From an uncultured Actinomycetota bacterium (lineage in GTDB: Bacteria > Actinomycetota > Actinomycetes > Mycobacteriales > Mycobacteriaceae), in assembly GCA_963734385.1 (NCBI GenBank), contig CAVTHR010000006.1, positions 47,910 through 111,909 of the forward strand: a stretch of 64,000 bases of DNA, given 5' to 3'. A model generated the notes under the pieces. The model did not search any database, had not been told where the DNA came from, and was given only the letters and a program-made list of their open reading frames with translations. Of this stretch, positions 59,701-64,000 are shown piece after piece. Within the stretch, counting starts at the first letter, position 1; every line of letters starts with the position of its first letter. A program made the position numbers and the translations under genes.

Positions 59701-61259
59701 CTCTCCAACACCGCCATCGCCGCGTTGTGTCCGCCGATGCCCGACACTGCGCCGCCGCGGTGAGATCCCGACCCGCACAACAGGATCCGATCATGCGCGG
59801 TCGCCACACCCCACCGTTGAGCCGGGGTGTCGAGCGGATCGTCGTTCTCGACGAACGGCCAGCTCAACCCGCCGTGAAAGATGTTGCCCGCCGTCATGCC
59901 CAGCGCTTGTTCTATGTCCTGGGTGGTCTTGGTCTCGATGCACAGCCGCCCCGATGCATCCTCCATCAGCACATCCTGAATTGGTTCGGCCAGCACCGAA
60001 TTGAGTGAATGAAGCACAGCGGAGGTCAAGTCCTCGCGCAGCCGGTCGGGATCCGCGCCGATCGTCAAGGTGTGCGGCGCATGGAGGCCGAACACGGTCA
60101 ACGTCTGCGCGCCCGACGCGCGGAGATCATCGGAAAGGATGCTGGGGTCGGTCAGTGAGTGGCAGTAGATCTCGCAAGGCAACGGGTCGGGAATGGCGCC
60201 GTCGGCCGCCCGCGCGTACGCGGCGTCGAGCTGACTGAAATTTTCGTTGATGTGGAACGTACCGCCGAATGCCTGCTCGGGCTTGACAGTCGCGTCCCGC
60301 AATTGCGGCAGCCGTCGCAGCAGCAGGTTGACCTTCACCTGCGCACCCGGCTCGGCAGCCGGCTCCGGGTCACCCACCAGCTCGGCCAGCACCGACGGTG
60401 TCACGCCTGCCAACACGCAGTCTGCCTCTATCCGGTGTTCCCGGCCGTCGAGCGTGTAGCGCACTTCGCCACCCGGGTCGATGGTGTAAACCTCGGCACC
60501 GGTGGTGATTTCGGCGCCGTGGCCGGCGGCGGCCGCAGCCAGCGCTCCGCTCACCGCGCCCATGCCGCCGATCGGCACATCCCAGTCGCCTGTGCCTCCA
60601 CCAAGCAGGTGATAAAGGAAGCACACGTTCTGTTGCAGCGACGGATCATCGGTGCGAGCGAACGTGCCGATCAGCGCGTCGGTGGCCATCACGCCGCGAA
60701 CGAGGTCACTATCCACCGCTTCGGTGATCGCATGTCCGATCGGCTCGCAGATCATGGCTTGCCAGGCCTGCTCCGCGTCGGGATCACCACCCGCCGTGAC
60801 CAGTTTGAACGCGGCGTCGCGCGATTGCAGCGGGGCCGTCACCGTGGGCCACAGCCGGGAGGTGACGATCCGGGCGCGGCGGTAGAACTCGGCGAACGGC
60901 TCGGCATCGTCGGCGGCACCGACGGCGGCGAATGTCGACTCGGGCCCGATCAACAGTCCGGTCCGTCCTCCCGTCGAAGGGTCGGGGGTGTACGACGAGT
61001 ATCGGCGCCGCGCCAGTCGTACCCGGACGCCGAGATCGTCGATGATGCGCCGAGGCAGCAGGCTCACCAGATACGAGTAGCGGGACAGCCGCGCGTCGAT
61101 GCCTTCGAATGCGTGCGCCGACACCGCCGCCCCTCCGACATGGTCAAGTCGCTCCAGCACCCGGACGCGACGCCCGGCACGGGCCAGGTAGGCAGCTGCG
61201 ACCAGGGCGTTGTGGCCGCCGCCGACTACCACCACATCGGTCCGCGGATCGGTGATCAA
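59697..61259 (-). CDS. Phytoene desaturase family FAD oxidoreductase (Rv0897c-like)
   Basis: VVVVGGGHNAL, SRYSYLVSL, GGAVSGIGGHNAA. Confidence 0.9.
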   Translation of the reverse strand: MITDPRTDVVVVGGGHNALVAAAYLARAGRRVRVLERLDHVGGAAVSAHAFEGIDARLSRYSYLVSLLPRRIIDDLGVRVRLARRRYSSYTPDPSTGGRTGLLIGPESTFAAVGAADDAEPFAEFYRRARIVTSRLWPTVTAPLQSRDAAFKLVTAGGDPDAEQAWQAMICEPIGHAITEAVDSDLVRGVMATDALIGTFARTDDPSLQQNVCFLYHLLGGGTGDWDVPIGGMGAVSGALAAAAAGHGAEITTGAEVYTIDPGGEVRYTLDGREHRIEADCVLAGVTPSVLAELVGDPEPAAEPGAQVKVNLLLRRLPQLRDATVKPEQAFGGTFHINENFSQLDAAYARAADGAIPDPLPCEIYCHSLTDPSILSDDLRASGAQTLTVFGLHAPHTLTIGADPDRLREDLTSAVLHSLNSVLAEPIQDVLMEDASGRLCIETKTTQDIEQALGMTAGNIFHGGLSWPFVENDDPLDTPAQRWGVATAHDRILLCGSGSHRGGAVSGIGGHNAAMAVLES

Positions 61260-61501
61260 CCGAGGTAACCCTCGACCTCGTCCGGCGGGCGCAGTTTGGC
61301 CTCACGGGGGTCGCCGCCCGTCTCCCGCAGTGCGCGCCGTTGCCGCAGCAAGTCCCAGCACTGGTCGAGTTCGACCTCGAGCGCGCGGAGCCGTGTGTGT
61401 TCCTCGTCGGCGCTGATCTCGTGCCGCTGCAGGCGGGCCCGCAGTTCGCGCTCCTCGTCGACGAGTTCGCGGATATGAGCCAAGGGGTTGTTTTCTGCCA
61501 C
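61256..61501 (-). CDS. DUF2630 protein (Rv0898c-like)
   Basis: LEVELDQCWDLLRQRRA, VEGY. Confidence 0.88.
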   Translation of the reverse strand: MAENNPLAHIRELVDEERELRARLQRHEISADEEHTRLRALEVELDQCWDLLRQRRALRETGGDPREAKLRPPDEVEGYLG

Positions 61502-61563
61502 GGCTCCAGTGTGCCCGTTGTTGCCGCCAGACTCAGCCCGATTAGCGCGTAACGTAGCCCACC

Positions 61564-61926
61564 GTGGCGACGAAACCCGAGGTTGAATTTCCGGACGGAC
61601 CCGCACCGACCGAGTTGGTCATCGAGGACGTGGTGGTCGGTGACGGCGCAGAGGCGGTGCCGGGCGGAACGGTGAATGTGCACTATGTCGGCGTCGAATA
61701 CGACACCGGCGAGGAGTTCGACAGCTCCTGGAACCGCGGCGAGTCCATCGAGTTCCCACTGAGGGGACTGATCCAGGGCTGGCAGGACGGAATCCCCGGC
61801 ATGCGGGTCGGCGGTCGTCGCAAGCTGTTCATCCCGCCCGCGCAGGCTTACGGGCCGGCCGGCTGGGGGCACCGATTGTCAGGGAAGACTTTGATTTTCG
61901 TCATCGACCTGCTCGATGTTCGCTGA
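61564..61926 (+). CDS. FKBP-type peptidyl-prolyl isomerase
   Basis: VHYVG, FDSSWNRG, IQGWQDG, MRVGGRR, LIFVIDL. Confidence 0.93.
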   Translation: MATKPEVEFPDGPAPTELVIEDVVVGDGAEAVPGGTVNVHYVGVEYDTGEEFDSSWNRGESIEFPLRGLIQGWQDGIPGMRVGGRRKLFIPPAQAYGPAGWGHRLSGKTLIFVIDLLDVR

Positions 61927-62081
61927 CTGACGCGACCGCAAATTCCTTTCGTTCGACGGGTATTCATCCTTCATTTCTCGGATCTGTCGGTTTCGATTTA
62001 AACCTCCCGCAAGCGTGTCGAAGGTTCTAGGCTCGGCTGGAACAAGATCACAGCGAACTTCTGTCGACACCGGGAGGGCCC

Positions 62082-63138
62082 ATGCCGGGTTCCGAAGACA
62101 CTCGTACGATCACGGGCTATCGCGCCGACTCCAAGTTCTACCGGCGCCCACCGGGCGCGGCCTGGCTACTGGCCCTGTTGGCGATCCCACTGCTGTTGGC
62201 CCTGATCGGTTGGGCAGGCTTGAACAAGCCGGACGCCGACGCCAACCTCACCCTGCCGAGCGTCAGCCCGTCCGCCACGCTGACCGCGCCCAACGCCGGC
62301 ACACCTGATGCGAACGCACCCAACGCCAACGCGCCCGACCTGACCTTGTCGCCGCTTTCAATTCTCGCGGAACGGCAAGGGCTTCACCCTGTCGGGCGAC
62401 ATGCCCGATCTTGAGACGAGGAACGGGCTACTCGACAGCCTCAAGCTCGCGTTCGGCCCCGACACCACTTTCACCGACAACCTGAACATCAAGGCGGGTG
62501 TCAATGCACCGGACTTCGCCGTGCTTGGGTCGATTTTCGGTGCAGCCATCGACATTCCGGACTTCGGCTTCGACCTCAACGGCGACACAATCACGCTGAA
62601 GGGCACCGCGCCCTCTGAGAATGCGAAATCGGAAGTCGAAGCCGCGGCGAAGGCCGGGTGGCCAAACATGAAGATCGTCAACAACATTGAGGTGAAGGAG
62701 GCACCGGCGCCGCAAGCTCCGCCTGCTCCGGCTCCGCCACCCGCGCCCGCTCCGGCGCCGGCACCGACCGGCGGTCCATGCGCCACGCTGCAGGCCGACA
62801 TCACCGCCCTGCTGAAGACGCCGATCAACTTCCAGACCGACGGCTTCACCGTGACGCAGGCATCCCAGCAGCAGTTGAAGCAGATCGCCGACAAACTGAA
62901 GGCCTGCCCGGACCCCAAGGTCTCGGTGGTCGGTCACACCGACAACAGCGGCAACGACGCGATCAATGTGCCGCTCAGCACTAACCGCGCGAAAGCCGTT
63001 GCGGACTACCTGGTTTCGCAGGGCATTACCGCTGACCGTGTCACCTCCAACGGCGTCGGCTCCTCTCAGCCGATCGCCCCGAACGACACACCCGCGGGCA
63101 AGGCCCAGAACCGCCGCGTCGACATCACGGTCACCTAA
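62082..63138 (+). CDS. arfA: OmpA-like peptidoglycan-binding protein ArfA (Rv0899); indel near 62365
   Basis: YRRPPG followed by a TM helix, BON-like region, PINF, GHTDNSG, LSTNRA, NRRVDI. Confidence 0.88.
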
Positions 63139-63149
63139 GGAGATCTGGC

Positions 63150-63302
63150 ATGGACTTCGTAATCCAGTGGTTGTGGTACCTGCTGGCCTTCGTGGTCGGC
63201 TCATTGGTCGCCTGGCTGATCACGGTTGTCACGATCAAGCGGACGTCCGAAGAGGAAGCGCTCGCGGATCTTCCTGGCGCACGCGAGTTGGGAGTGCAGT
63301 GA
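63150..63302 (+). CDS. arfB: Small membrane protein ArfB (Rv0900), 50 aa; not in the ORF track
   Basis: MDFVIQWLWYLLAFVVGSLVAWLITVVTIKRTSEEEALADLPG; AAGGAG RBS. Confidence 0.85.
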   Translation: MDFVIQWLWYLLAFVVGSLVAWLITVVTIKRTSEEEALADLPGARELGVQ

Positions 63303-64000
63303 TGCAAAGCGTCAACTGGTGGCTGATGGCCCTGGCGTTCGTTCTCGGCCTCGTGCTGACGCTCGCCCTGATGATCCGCAGGGTCAAGCGCGAGGTGCCC
63401 GAATACGCGACGCTCGCAGCCGGTGCGGGAGCAGGGGCGGCTGGAGCCGCGGGCGCGGCGAAGCTGGCAGGCGGCGGCGCGGGTGCCGTCGAGGACGAGC
63501 CATACGGTGCGGGGTCGATCCGGGTGAAGGCGACGGCCACGGCACCGGATGGCGGCTACACGATCAAGGGCAACGAGGACTCGATGCTCTATCACACCAC
63601 CGAAAGCCCGTCCTACAAGCAGACGATCGCCGAGGTCTGGTTCCGCGACGTGAAATCGGCCGAGCGAGCAGGCTTCTCACGGTGGGACAAGGGTGGCGGA
63701 GCCGCCACAGCGGCGGGTGCCGCCGCGGCGGGCGCGGCAGGCGGTGTCGCGGCGGCGAAGTTCGCCGGCGGTGAGGCCGACGACGACGCGGCGACAACGC
63801 GGGCCCCTAAGATCGACGCCGACGCCGAGGATGACGCGGCGACGCTTAGGGCCCCGAAGATCGACGCAGGCGCCGAAGACACCGCGGCTAAGCCGGGTGC
63901 GGTTGCGGCCGGTGCCGCGGCGGCTGGTGGTGCGGCAGCAGCGAAGTTCGCCGATACATCGACGGCCGAGACGGCCAAGATGCCCGCGGTGACGGAGGAG
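63302..64000 (+). CDS. arfC: ArfC (Rv0901)-like membrane protein with Ala/Gly-rich extension; runs off the window
   Basis: TGATG coupling; MQSVNWWLMALAFVLG, PYGAGS, IKGNEDSMLYHTTESPSY..AEVWF..AERAGF. Confidence 0.85.
   Translation, partial: MQSVNWWLMALAFVLGLVLTLALMIRRVKREVPEYATLAAGAGAGAAGAAGAAKLAGGGAGAVEDEPYGAGSIRVKATATAPDGGYTIKGNEDSMLYHTTESPSYKQTIAEVWFRDVKSAERAGFSRWDKGGGAATAAGAAAAGAAGGVAAAKFAGGEADDDAATTRAPKIDADAEDDAATLRAPKIDAGAEDTAAKPGAVAAGAAAAGGAAAAKFADTSTAETAKMPAVTEE
63776..63880 (+). repeat. 48-bp imperfect coding tandem repeat
   Basis: Units start at 63776, 63824 and 63872: ADDDAATTRAPKIDAD / AEDDAATLRAPKIDAG / AED.. Confidence 0.8.

Overview
GC-rich Mycobacterium/Mycolicibacterium chromosomal segment, probably a rapid grower. 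Gene order matches the M. tuberculosis Rv0857-Rv0901 region as I recall it: dapC, fadA/fadB, XPB helicase, moa genes, rpfA with a c-di-AMP riboswitch, cspB, sepH, serC, fprB, citA, gltA and arfABC. Accessory blocks interrupt it: two zinc-ribbon/class III cyclase/STAND ATPase genes, hydrolases, an AraC-VOC-UvrA2 unit and a CAP-domain secreted protein. About 30 single-base indels break or fuse ORFs, even in core genes, so most frameshifts are probably sequencing errors. The most notable structure lies outside the ORF track: (i) a MIRU-like repeat present twice, one copy forming a 36-codon ORF coupled at both ends; (ii) a ~770 bp cassette bounded by a duplicated uvrA2 3' end; (iii) a diverged ~120 bp duplication of an operator plus gene start around a Pro-rich secreted protein gene; (iv) an internally deleted map remnant which, with the CAP gene, separates a perfect CRP box from serC. 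I saw no rRNA, tRNA, CRISPR array, transposase or integrase. All calls come from motif and synteny recognition by eye; no database search was run.
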